Source: Ignavibacteriota bacterium
Lineage (GTDB): Bacteria; Bacteroidota; Ignavibacteria; Palsa-1295
DNA length: 64,000 nucleotides
Direction of reading: 5' to 3'
Assembly (NCBI GenBank): GCA_963787835.1
Contig: CAWBEI010000005.1
Span: 32,001 to 96,000 of the forward strand
Made by a program: the position numbers and the translations under genes. Every line of letters starts with the position of its first letter. Position 1 is the first letter of the stretch. Positions 19,493 through 29,161 of the stretch are shown here, piece by piece. The notes beneath the pieces were generated by a model that was given only the letters and a program-made list of their open reading frames with translations, was not told the origin of the DNA and did not search any database.

Positions 19493-22400
19493 TTAATAGG
19501 AGCGTCCCGCGCAGGGTTCCACTCGTCGAAGTTGCGTTCGTAAATCGAATGCCGTAATAATAGCTTCCGGCCGGAAGATTTCCCATGTGGAATGTGTATG
19601 GGACGGTTCCGTTTACAGAAAGCGATAATTGATCGTGGGAGATCTCTTCGCCAATCGCATCGTAAAGTATTATCTCCGCCACACCATTTGCAGCAGAGTG
19701 TAAATTAAGGGTGGTCTGGAACCCATTCTCTTCTGTGACGGGATCGGGTCGTGGTTGCTCCGAGGTAACGATCGGCTGTCCATTCAGAACGCTGATCAGA
19801 AGGCTATCGCCGCATTGCAACGAGATGGAAGTATTCTGGCCGCCGGGGGTGTTCGTCGATAATACGCAATTACTAAATTGTACGTCCCCTCCATTCAAAG
19901 AAATGGAATCAACTTGAATGACTCCGCCAACAGAGTCCGAGATCATCGTTTCCATTGGGAGAGTAACCAATGGAACTGTTGGATCAAGAGCAATACCCGA
20001 TGGCTTGGTTACATGAAACGGGAAGTATTCGATTTTACCAATGTCGTAGGGTTTATCGTTGGGATCCAGTTGGCCAGCCGATGATGTCATCGATCCCGGC
20101 TCAAAATTATCGCGGCGATATTGGAAAACGCCGTGAACTTCCTGCAAACCCATTCCTGCCGATACTTTAATATCGGGGGTAAGCGTCGCACTGAATACAT
20201 CGCCGGCACTCACGGGCATATTCGAAAGGCCAAGAATGAAATGAACGGTGCCCGGAGGTTGAACAAGGCCGAGCAATTTTACTGTGTCCATTGGATTTGT
20301 CGCTGCCGACGACCGGAAAAATATAGTTGTTTTGAGGCTGTCCGTAGTGGTTCCATTATAGACGACGTGCAGCGTGACCGAAACTCCCGGTGAGATCAGC
20401 AAAACACTATCGGATGGATTTGCGAGCACAAAACCGGAACCCGCAAGGCTATCGTGAACTGCTAATGTTCCACAGCCCTGATAAGTAAAGGTGATCGTCG
20501 TATCGATGGGAGTACACTGATTGGTAGCAGGGAATGCCAACGAAGATGGCGTAGTCATGGTCAGGACAGACGGCCCTCCGCCTTGTGTAACCGTGAGCGT
20601 AACAGGCACTAGCGAATCAACTATGGTGCCGTTAGCCAGAGTGTATTGAATAGTGAGATCGCCACTATAACTTCCAGCAACCAGATTGGTGATGGCAAGC
20701 GTAACATGGATGGAATCGCCGCCAGTGAGCAGTGATGGCAGCGGTTTGTCAGTGTGCGTTGCGAATGCAGCATTAAGCGTAGGATCGAGCACCAGGCCGG
20801 TTACCCTAAGTGTATCACAGCCGGTATTATATATTGCGAACGAAACGGAATCAGTAGGGTCGCATTGAGAAAGTGTCGGGAAAGCAAACAGGTTCGGATT
20901 GAGCGGGGGATTGGTCTCGAACGAAGACAATCCAGAAACGCCTGTACCGACGAGGATAATAGAGGTATCTCCACTGGTTAATCCACTGTTGACAGCATAA
21001 AAAAAAGTCGCTTTGCCAGACTGTGTCGTTTTTTGTGTAGGCGTATAGTGAATGCGTAACAGAAGTGACAACCCTGGCCCGATCGTTTTAGGTAGTACCA
21101 TAGAATCGATCAATAGAAACGGCGCGGGTAGCTTAAGGCTATCGACAAACGCTGCATTGCAGGAAGTATTCAGGAATGTTAGCGTATCAGTGACGCCAAG
21201 CGTGCCGCAGATCGCGTCAGTTCCAAAATTGATCGTATCCGGATACACAAGTTTACCGGATGGTGCTCCTGCTCCGGAAAGCGCGATGATATTTGAACTA
21301 TCGAAACCAAAATATTTATAATGGAGTCGAATTGTTGTATTATGGGTGCCCAAACTCAGTGGAACAAAACGAACGAGAACGTTGCGGATACTATCGCCGG
21401 GAATGCTTAACGGCAGGTTTAGTGGATTTCCATTCGTATCGAGTAGTTCATAGTGTATATCCGAAAGATCGGCTTTTGTGATCGTAAGGGTGTCACATCC
21501 GGTGTTTGCAATGGCTAATAGATTATCGGTCGAGTCGCAGGTGGCGAGAGAATCGAATACGAGGGTAGTTGGAATGGTAAGTGCGGGCCGCAACGTATTC
21601 AGCTTTGCACTGGTATGCAAGCCTGCTCCGAATGACGTATCGTGTCCCATGTAATGCATGGTTACTTCCAGGGAATCGGAAATAATTGCAGGACTGGTGG
21701 GTGTAGCGCGCAACTTAAAGAGGACGGTGTCACCGGGGCCAATATGGATCGGTAGGATTAGGGAATCACCCGCAGAGTTTGAGAGCGTCCAATTGTTTTT
21801 CGCCAGAAACGCTTGGGTGATGGCCAGTGAATCGCACCCCTTGTTGATCAAGCGTATGGTAGTATCAACCGCATTGCAGATATTTAGTGTATCTGCAAGG
21901 ATCGACTTAGCGCTCAGCGAATAGTCCGCTGGGACAGAAAGCCCTTGAAGGGATACCCGTAAATACACGGTATCGTATGGGTTAAGACCCCAATCCGGCT
22001 GGTAATAATTTACCTGGAAGATGACCTGAATCGTTACCGAATCCGATGCGGCGGAATCCATCATTGCTCCCGGATGCCAACCAAGACCAAATGCAACGGA
22101 ATCACCGGGTACGATGGGAGCGTAGGGCTCCGGATAAACATTGATGAACACTGCGCCAGTAGTATCGGGCCGTCGAGTGGAATCGAAAATGGCAACACTC
22201 TCGACGATAACGATCCCATAATTCGGATTGTGCAGATAGTATAGATTTTTATCTGTATCGCAAATTATTGAGATGGCCGGGGCAAGCTTATCCGTGTCTA
22301 TAAATACACACTGTGGAATAACAAGTGCAGTATCACCTCCGTCAGTAGTTTTCCAGAGTCCACCCGCACCATCGGACGCATAAACAATATCGCCACAGCC

Positions 22401-23423
22401 CGTGACGGAGAATCGTGTATCGGTTACAGCATAGGAACCTCCATCGCTCTGGTTTGGTCCACCAACGGCAACCCACGTTTTTCCGGAATCGGTAGAGCGC
22501 ATGAGGCCATGAGGTGGATTTGTGAGGGCAGAACTCGTTGCGCCGCTGTTTTGAACATAGATCACTGCGTTGACTCCCTGAATTCCGCCTGTCGTTTGCA
22601 TGGGAAGCATTGTTGCTTGCGTCCAATGTTGGCCGAAGTCGATGGATCGGAGAACCGGGGAAGGTTGTGCAACGCCGGAGATGGCCGTATCTTCGGGGGC
22701 GGCAACAAATGTTCTGGAGTTGATTATTGGATACACTCCAAAGGCTTCATGCTGAATACCACCAGGAACGGTGCTCCAATTCAGGCCGCCATCAGTTGTC
22801 GTTAAAAAAGTTGAATTCGGATCTCCAAGCTTATATTCCGTCATGACACCGTACAAATTATCTACAAAACCTAACCCGTTTTTCTTCGAGCTATGTGGCA
22901 TACTCCAAGTCGCTCCTTCGTCTGTCGACGTCCAGTAACCGACCCCCAATGGTTCCGTAACTGTTAGTGTACTGGTAGTTTGCCGCACGGATGCTGGGCC
23001 AATAAATTGCGGCTCATTCAGGAGCGGATTCCATGTTTGTCCGCCATCGGTTGTTCGCCAAAGCCGTGGATCGTTGATATTCAGGCTGCCAGAGATCACC
23101 AACCATCCACTATCCTGATCGCTGAACCAAATATCTCTTACGATAGGAATGGTATTATTCAGCGTCGGTACGATACAATCGGTCCATGTGACACCTCCAT
23201 CGGTGGTTCGCTTAACCATGCCGGTGTTTGTTGTGATGTTATTCCACTCGAACCCAATAATGCCGACCTGCGGATTAAAGAACCAGGACGCCGTTATGAA
23301 CCCATCCGTGTCGGGGAATTGAATGATCTTCTTCCAGTTCGTATTCTGAGCGTGGGAGGGTGTGGAATAAAGAAAACACAGCGCAATAAGGAATACGGCT
23401 GCGTTCGTGAGACGTTTTAACAT
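19485..23423 (-). CDS. Large secreted protein: BNR/Asp-box beta-propeller, ~5 Cys-containing Ig-like (choice-of-anchor D-like) repeats, cohesin-like domain, T9SS-type CTD
   Basis: Signal peptide MLKRLTNAAVF..SHA; many TxDGGxxW Asp-boxes; repeats NKGCDSL/NTGCDTL/NTSCNAA/NTGCDTL/YQGCGTL; C-terminus LPAGSYYY..LLLIK. ORF is open from 23519. Confidence 0.8.
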   Translation of the reverse strand: MLKRLTNAAVFLIALCFLYSTPSHAQNTNWKKIIQFPDTDGFITASWFFNPQVGIIGFEWNNITTNTGMVKRTTDGGVTWTDCIVPTLNNTIPIVRDIWFSDQDSGWLVISGSLNINDPRLWRTTDGGQTWNPLLNEPQFIGPASVRQTTSTLTVTEPLGVGYWTSTDEGATWSMPHSSKKNGLGFVDNLYGVMTEYKLGDPNSTFLTTTDGGLNWSTVPGGIQHEAFGVYPIINSRTFVAAPEDTAISGVAQPSPVLRSIDFGQHWTQATMLPMQTTGGIQGVNAVIYVQNSGATSSALTNPPHGLMRSTDSGKTWVAVGGPNQSDGGSYAVTDTRFSVTGCGDIVYASDGAGGLWKTTDGGDTALVIPQCVFIDTDKLAPAISIICDTDKNLYYLHNPNYGIVIVESVAIFDSTRRPDTTGAVFINVYPEPYAPIVPGDSVAFGLGWHPGAMMDSAASDSVTIQVIFQVNYYQPDWGLNPYDTVYLRVSLQGLSVPADYSLSAKSILADTLNICNAVDTTIRLINKGCDSLAITQAFLAKNNWTLSNSAGDSLILPIHIGPGDTVLFKLRATPTSPAIISDSLEVTMHYMGHDTSFGAGLHTSAKLNTLRPALTIPTTLVFDSLATCDSTDNLLAIANTGCDTLTITKADLSDIHYELLDTNGNPLNLPLSIPGDSIRNVLVRFVPLSLGTHNTTIRLHYKYFGFDSSNIIALSGAGAPSGKLVYPDTINFGTDAICGTLGVTDTLTFLNTSCNAAFVDSLKLPAPFLLIDSMVLPKTIGPGLSLLLRIHYTPTQKTTQSGKATFFYAVNSGLTSGDTSIILVGTGVSGLSSFETNPPLNPNLFAFPTLSQCDPTDSVSFAIYNTGCDTLRVTGLVLDPTLNAAFATHTDKPLPSLLTGGDSIHVTLAITNLVAGSYSGDLTIQYTLANGTIVDSLVPVTLTVTQGGGPSVLTMTTPSSLAFPATNQCTPIDTTITFTYQGCGTLAVHDSLAGSGFVLANPSDSVLLISPGVSVTLHVVYNGTTTDSLKTTIFFRSSAATNPMDTVKLLGLVQPPGTVHFILGLSNMPVSAGDVFSATLTPDIKVSAGMGLQEVHGVFQYRRDNFEPGSMTSSAGQLDPNDKPYDIGKIEYFPFHVTKPSGIALDPTVPLVTLPMETMISDSVGGVIQVDSISLNGGDVQFSNCVLSTNTPGGQNTSISLQCGDSLLISVLNGQPIVTSEQPRPDPVTEENGFQTTLNLHSAANGVAEIILYDAIGEEISHDQLSLSVNGTVPYTFHMGNLPAGSYYYGIRFTNATSTSGTLRGTLLLIK

Positions 23424-23583
23424 ATTGGTACAAAAGGCGTTAGTGCCACTTTCAACTAAGTCTGATCCACGGGCAGGCACAGCTGCCCGATATCGTATTT
23501 TTGACATAAAAAACAGCACGAAAGTTGCATGTCACGCAAAAAACAGGTTCGGAATTCGAATAGGAGTCCTTTTGGATCGGGTG

Positions 23584-26361
23584 CTATTTTATTAGAACAA
23601 ACCGACTTGAAATGAAAGCATAGCCGCTCATGATCCTAAGGTAATACTCACCAGAAGCAAGGCTGCTGACATCCCATGTTAACTGATTTTGAGAAGAAGA
23701 CAAAGGAAAACTTCTTTTTTCGAGAACATCCCCGAGCACCGATACGATCTCTGCCTGACATCCGACGATGTTGGGGTCGTTTTTAGTGAGTCCGATCAAC
23801 AGTTGATCTTCAGATGTCTTTAGATCTGAAAGAATAAGCGGTGCCGTTCCCTCATTTCCCGAAGTAACGCCGTCCGCACACGCAAAGGTCACTTGAGTTT
23901 GGGGTGTTGTATCGAAGGTGGTAAGTGCTCCTCCATACGCACCATGAATATGCGCATATACTTGCGCCGTAAGATTCAACCCCTGGGGTGGGAATGAAAT
24001 TAGCAACGTATCGGATTCGCCCATCATAAGAGTCCTTGGGAAGGAGAGATTGGTCGTAAAGTTCACGCCATTCGTTGCAGTCACATCGCAGGTCGAAATG
24101 ATGGCGCTGTCGCACGGAGCGTGAAGAATCACAGGAATAGTAGCTGTGGAGCAATTCGAAAGGCTGAACTTTGGAGCCTCTGTCACCAAGGGCTGCGTAT
24201 TCTCCCCGGATACATTCAGAGCAATCGTTATCATAGTATCGAGCGATGTGAGGTCGCCAAATCGGTCAATAAAACAATAGAAATCCAGTGGTCGAGCCTC
24301 AATGCTTGGATAGATCGGTTCTACCGTGAACCGAACGGTGTCGGTCGAGCCTTCAAAAATGGTGTCAGGTTTAGCAAGACCTCCGGAAACGATCACGCCG
24401 GGGTTATTAAAACCAATGGAATCAATGCGAATATTCTCACACCCAGCAGCTTTAATATAGACCGGAACCGTCACAGGAACGCATGACGTAAGGGGAAGCG
24501 CAGATGGCGCTGAGACCCGAGGATGGGTCGATCCAAAAGCAAACGCATGGAACGAGAGCATAGTATCGAAAGGGATATTCTCAGGAACGAAGTGGCTGAA
24601 TATGTTAAGCCCATAGGTCATGGGGTCAGCATAATCTTTCCCGTTCGGAGCAAATCGGAGCCAAAGTGTATCGGTCGCGCCACGTTCAAGATGCTGTGCT
24701 GGCGTCGTTTCGAAAGTTACGCGGCCATCCGGCGGCGTGACGGTTAGCGAATCAAGGGAGAGTGAATCACAAGGAGCAAGGCCGAATGCGATCGGTATCT
24801 TTACAGAATCGCATGCATTGATCGCCATAGAATCGACCCAACTCCATTGAAGAGGTTCCGGTACGATGCTTATGGTAAACGCAGTATCCCAAGAATAGAT
24901 CGTGCAAGCCACCGTATCATAGGCCTGAAGGTGGACGAGGGTGCCGATAGGAAGGCTTGGAGCCGTTGGATTTAGCCAGAGCGTATCATGCAAACCAGAG
25001 CCAAGATTGATGGAGGTATCGGTTGGCGTTACAGACCACCCGCTGTCCGCAGAAATGGAAACGAACATTCTTAATGCCTGATTTTGGGAATAAATAGCAA
25101 GCGGAATGCGTGGGATCTCGCAATTCTGAAGTTTCACATTCGGCGTTTTCATCGGCAATGGCACCGTTACAAGCGTAAACGTATCGAGCCACTGGAATTG
25201 ACTGCATCCATCAGAGGCAGTGGTATAGAGGTCAACAAAGGTAGGCTGCTGTGCCTGCGTTGGGGATACTCTGTACCACACGGTGATCGGAGCTCCGGGT
25301 TGGATCTCGAACGTCGTATCCGACGGTGCAAGGGATTGAGGCCCCAGAGTGAACGGCTGCATGTTGATCTGAAAGGGTCGAGTAAAGGCTCTGACCGTCA
25401 CCGGGACTCTTGAAACGGGGCAACTTTCCAGAGTATCTCCTCGGGTGATCGGATCGGCCGGTCTCACCGTATCGGCATGAGTAAATAACCAGATTTCTCC
25501 GCCGCTCATGGCAACGATGTATTTTCCTTTTGGTCCAAAACCAAAGATGCCGCGTTCCCCACCGGTTGCCTTGGGACCTCCTAAAAATTGCCAGCTTGTT
25601 CCTGCATCTAAGGAAACCCACACACCCGAGGTATCTTGCCGACAGACCGTTCCATCGGAACCATTTAAGATATCTTCCGAAAGATTGGGCCCACATGCCT
25701 TCCAGGAACGTCCGCTATCGAGTGAATAATAGCTCGGAGAATTAGTGGGGAGTGGTCTGCTCGATGCAAAGAACATTTTTCGGCATGTGTCGGCATAGGA
25801 ATCAAGGCCGCCGATGCTGCTATAGCCGGTGGGCGTCTTCCACGTCTTGCCTCCGTCGGTGGAATAGCTGGGAACTTGTCCGTTGAGATTCGTTTCAATG
25901 CAAATGTTGGAATCGAGCCTGGCGAACGTTCCCGCTCTTGCCGCATGAACGCTATCCTGCGCTAAATAGGAATCGTAGGCGAAGTTGCCGGCGGTCGTCG
26001 AATTTTTCCAGGTCGCACCGCTATCTGTGGAAACCCAAATATAGCTCGCTCCGGAAGTTGCATACAGCACACCCGGCTTCAGCTCGCGGATGGATGTAAA
26101 GTAGGATGGATTGTCACTCGGAGTCGTTGCGGTGTTCCAGTAGCCATTCTTCCAGACCCAAATGGACCCCACGCCTGCCACCACGCCATGCGTCGTATCG
26201 TAGAAATAGGCGCAATACATCGCGGTAGGCTGAGTACCAAGCAGTTTCCAGACCTGGGCTTGGCCAATGCCTGCGTAAGATAACAGGCAAACGAGGAACA
26301 TTACCGTTCGAAACATCGATGTTCGAAGGATCGTGAGACGGCTGGTCTTAGGAAAAATCAT
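23584..26361 (-). CDS. Secreted BNR beta-propeller plus Cys-linked Ig-like repeats, T9SS CTD
   Basis: STDSGATW, STDGGKTW, SLDSGRSW, SLDAGTSW Asp-boxes; C-terminus SVLG..WDVSSLASGEYYLR..FVLIK. Alternative start at 26316. Confidence 0.8.
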   Translation of the reverse strand: MIFPKTSRLTILRTSMFRTVMFLVCLLSYAGIGQAQVWKLLGTQPTAMYCAYFYDTTHGVVAGVGSIWVWKNGYWNTATTPSDNPSYFTSIRELKPGVLYATSGASYIWVSTDSGATWKNSTTAGNFAYDSYLAQDSVHAARAGTFARLDSNICIETNLNGQVPSYSTDGGKTWKTPTGYSSIGGLDSYADTCRKMFFASSRPLPTNSPSYYSLDSGRSWKACGPNLSEDILNGSDGTVCRQDTSGVWVSLDAGTSWQFLGGPKATGGERGIFGFGPKGKYIVAMSGGEIWLFTHADTVRPADPITRGDTLESCPVSRVPVTVRAFTRPFQINMQPFTLGPQSLAPSDTTFEIQPGAPITVWYRVSPTQAQQPTFVDLYTTASDGCSQFQWLDTFTLVTVPLPMKTPNVKLQNCEIPRIPLAIYSQNQALRMFVSISADSGWSVTPTDTSINLGSGLHDTLWLNPTAPSLPIGTLVHLQAYDTVACTIYSWDTAFTISIVPEPLQWSWVDSMAINACDSVKIPIAFGLAPCDSLSLDSLTVTPPDGRVTFETTPAQHLERGATDTLWLRFAPNGKDYADPMTYGLNIFSHFVPENIPFDTMLSFHAFAFGSTHPRVSAPSALPLTSCVPVTVPVYIKAAGCENIRIDSIGFNNPGVIVSGGLAKPDTIFEGSTDTVRFTVEPIYPSIEARPLDFYCFIDRFGDLTSLDTMITIALNVSGENTQPLVTEAPKFSLSNCSTATIPVILHAPCDSAIISTCDVTATNGVNFTTNLSFPRTLMMGESDTLLISFPPQGLNLTAQVYAHIHGAYGGALTTFDTTPQTQVTFACADGVTSGNEGTAPLILSDLKTSEDQLLIGLTKNDPNIVGCQAEIVSVLGDVLEKRSFPLSSSQNQLTWDVSSLASGEYYLRIMSGYAFISSRFVLIK

Positions 26362-26730
26362 GAAATTCTGCTATTTGGTCACTCGATCGGGAATACGAGC
26401 GACACGGGAAACACCTCAAACGTTACATTGACGCCTGAGAAATTTCTGGTGTAGCAGCGATAGAACCCTTATCTCCAAGAAAGAGGTGCCATTTCTTTTT
26501 CTTGTGAGTTCCCGATGTACCCTCGTTTCCAAGCTGTTTTGGCCGCTCGTTCTGAAAGAAATGCAAAATCAGCTTTCTCAAAGGACTCGTTCATAACGAA
26601 ACCTACCGCCCCTCTCTATTTTCAATGAACTCCCCCCATCCTCCCCTAATCCTGAGAATCCTGTAAATCGTGGTCCATCTTTCATCTTTTCCCCGGATAG
26701 GTGCCCATCAACTCACCACCAATATACGAC

Positions 26731-26769
26731 AAAAAATAACCCGCGCAAGAAATTCGGCTTGCGCGGGTT
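26731..26769 (-). terminator. Intrinsic terminator after the 26790-31005 operon
   Basis: Stem aacccgcgcaag / cttgcgcgggtt followed on the minus strand by a T tract. Confidence 0.85.
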
Positions 26770-26789
26770 GGAGTTGACTTTAGAAGTGC

Positions 26790-29132
26790 TTAATGTGATA
26801 CTGTAAACTTCACAGCATTGTGCGTGCCTTCGGTTTGGAGATCCGCAAAGTAGATACCGCTGGGAAGCATGGAGCAATCGAGCGATAGGCACAGGCCAAG
26901 TTCGGATTCAGGTGTTGCATTATAGAGCGTTGCTACAGAGGCGCCCATTTGGTTCACGACATCTACCACAACGGGAATGCCACCGGGTAAATCTGCAACG
27001 CAGACTTTTACAATACCTGAAGCCGGATTTGGATGAACTGTAACGACGAAAGTGGAGGTGTCAAGTGCTGAGCCAGGGTGACCGTCGGCCATTTTTTCAG
27101 AGCAAGGCGGGGCAGCCCACACAGTGGGTGCACCATAAGAATTTCCCGAACTATTATATGTAGTAACAAGGAAGGTGCTACCACCAAAACACTCAGGCCC
27201 AATATTAATTGAAGCACTCGTTGCACTTGCTGATAATGTTCTGATTGGAGTGCTGCCGCTATTTTGGTAAATTTTTATCCCCGACTGAAGATTAATGTAG
27301 TCACCGCTTGTGTAGTTCTGAGGTTCCCATGAAAGATTGGCGATGTAGTTACCACCACCACCCTCGACTATTGAAGCTGTTAGGTTCTTCACTTGTGCGG
27401 GGCGCATTGGCGTTGAAGCATCTCCCGTGGTGAGTTGATATATCTTTTCGATGGAACATTTCTCCAAAGCTGGAGGGGGGGTAGCTGAGCAGTCCTCTGT
27501 TGAAAGCCCTAAAAAAGTTTCGATATTGTCTTTAAAGGTTCCGATATTTGCCATATCATAACTAAATCTTGTCACAGAGAAAATTGCCGAAGGTTCCCCA
27601 ACGTCATCATTGTCGTAGCTCTCGTAATCGGGATCTCGGAATCCTGCATCGTTGTATTTATCATACACGTTGCAAAGGAAACAAGCAGCCTGTGTCGTAC
27701 CATCATGGGTCTTGCCATCGAACGTTACCTTTTCAAAGTCACCCGTTTGGTCAATGTAGTCGCCGTAATTTGCGCGCGTATACCACCGCGCAACTTCGGA
27801 ATGGAACTGCGCCCACCCTTCTTTAAGATCATGATTGAGTGGGAGTGTTCCGCCCAAAAGCAAATAATTGCAATAATGTCCACATTCATGATCAACAACA
27901 GCTGATGAAGGGGGGACAGGATCAAACTGTAAATAGTTTGGATTTGGATATGCATCAACAAACTCGTCATTTCCAGTTGCAACCGAAGTAATTTCTGTTA
28001 ATATTTGTGCAGGTGTTATACCTACTCGAGGGGTACTGTCGAATTCTCGTGCCATTTCTGAATTTCGAAGAATTGGTCCGTCAATTGAATTCAATGGATT
28101 ACTCATCTTGATACCTGTTTGCGAGATAAGCGCCGTGTTGTTGCATGGAATGCAAAGTCCATACGTTTCACGAAATGTCGTCCAAGGCGCACATGTCGTT
28201 CCTGAGCCATTGATCCTGTAAGTGCTTACTTCATACCCCGGATCGCTTTTGAGTAAAACAGCATCGTTCGAAGCGGTTACGAGAAGTTCAGCATTTCCAT
28301 AATTTGCCCACGTAGGATCAGAAATAGAAAAATTAAAACTAAAATTACCATCTGCATCACATTTGCAATAGTGCACACCCGAAAGGCACCCAGATACCGG
28401 ATGGGTAAAATTCAAATCTAGAGCACCTGTTGGGCAATCCTGAACGCCGCCAGATTCCGATAGACTATGAAAAAGTAAAACAACAGTCACTCCATAAGCA
28501 CCCTTCATAATTGTTGGACGCGTATGTGATGTTCCCACTGGAGGATTGTATTCGGAAAATTCTTGGTCAACATCCTCATACAGCACTTGCCCAGTTAGTG
28601 TGATATGAGCGCCTGAACCTAAAGATCCTTCGGCAGTCATTGTGCCGGTGTCATTCGCGTTGGAGCCATGGTTGAGAATTTTAAAGCTTGTTGATGAACT
28701 TTCAATTTCGAGTGCATTGTAGCCATAATTCATAATTCCTGTCGGTGGCGCAGTATCCGCACTAAATAAAGCATCAAGTAGAGAGCCTCCGTACCCAAAA
28801 AGTTTCAAGGGTATAGAATAGGTATATTCCGTCCCGGAATCGACCACAATACTCGAATCGAGAGATGTTTCAGTATCGCTCCAGGATGGGGGCTGAATGT
28901 TTGCAGAAAAACCGAGTTTAAAAACTGCTGCACCTGTCACATTCGCATGAAATTTAATCAACATGTGAATAGTATCGCCTACATGTGGAGTCGGGCTCGA
29001 TATCACACCAACCGAGTCGACTTTAAATGTCGAAGGCCCGACCGTGTCATAAATCTGAGCCACACTACGGTTAGGAGTCATAAAAAGCAAAAGCACAAAT
29101 AACACAAAACTGATTTCTAATTGGTACTTCAT
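26790..29132 (-). CDS. T9SS-secreted putative zinc metallopeptidase (gluzincin-like)
   Basis: Signal peptide; HECGH...EGWA motif; FN3-like region; CTD with HPNPAS..LPSGIYF..KFTVSH; AT-rich. Confidence 0.7.
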   Translation of the reverse strand: MKYQLEISFVLFVLLLFMTPNRSVAQIYDTVGPSTFKVDSVGVISSPTPHVGDTIHMLIKFHANVTGAAVFKLGFSANIQPPSWSDTETSLDSSIVVDSGTEYTYSIPLKLFGYGGSLLDALFSADTAPPTGIMNYGYNALEIESSSTSFKILNHGSNANDTGTMTAEGSLGSGAHITLTGQVLYEDVDQEFSEYNPPVGTSHTRPTIMKGAYGVTVVLLFHSLSESGGVQDCPTGALDLNFTHPVSGCLSGVHYCKCDADGNFSFNFSISDPTWANYGNAELLVTASNDAVLLKSDPGYEVSTYRINGSGTTCAPWTTFRETYGLCIPCNNTALISQTGIKMSNPLNSIDGPILRNSEMAREFDSTPRVGITPAQILTEITSVATGNDEFVDAYPNPNYLQFDPVPPSSAVVDHECGHYCNYLLLGGTLPLNHDLKEGWAQFHSEVARWYTRANYGDYIDQTGDFEKVTFDGKTHDGTTQAACFLCNVYDKYNDAGFRDPDYESYDNDDVGEPSAIFSVTRFSYDMANIGTFKDNIETFLGLSTEDCSATPPPALEKCSIEKIYQLTTGDASTPMRPAQVKNLTASIVEGGGGNYIANLSWEPQNYTSGDYINLQSGIKIYQNSGSTPIRTLSASATSASINIGPECFGGSTFLVTTYNSSGNSYGAPTVWAAPPCSEKMADGHPGSALDTSTFVVTVHPNPASGIVKVCVADLPGGIPVVVDVVNQMGASVATLYNATPESELGLCLSLDCSMLPSGIYFADLQTEGTHNAVKFTVSH

Positions 29133-29161
29133 GGTAGTAGTTGGTTAAGTTGAAAAACACA

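Noticed and set aside
26362-26700. Possible riboswitch in the long leader of the BNR genes
   Set aside because: No recognisable aptamer consensus by eye; an Rfam scan would be needed.
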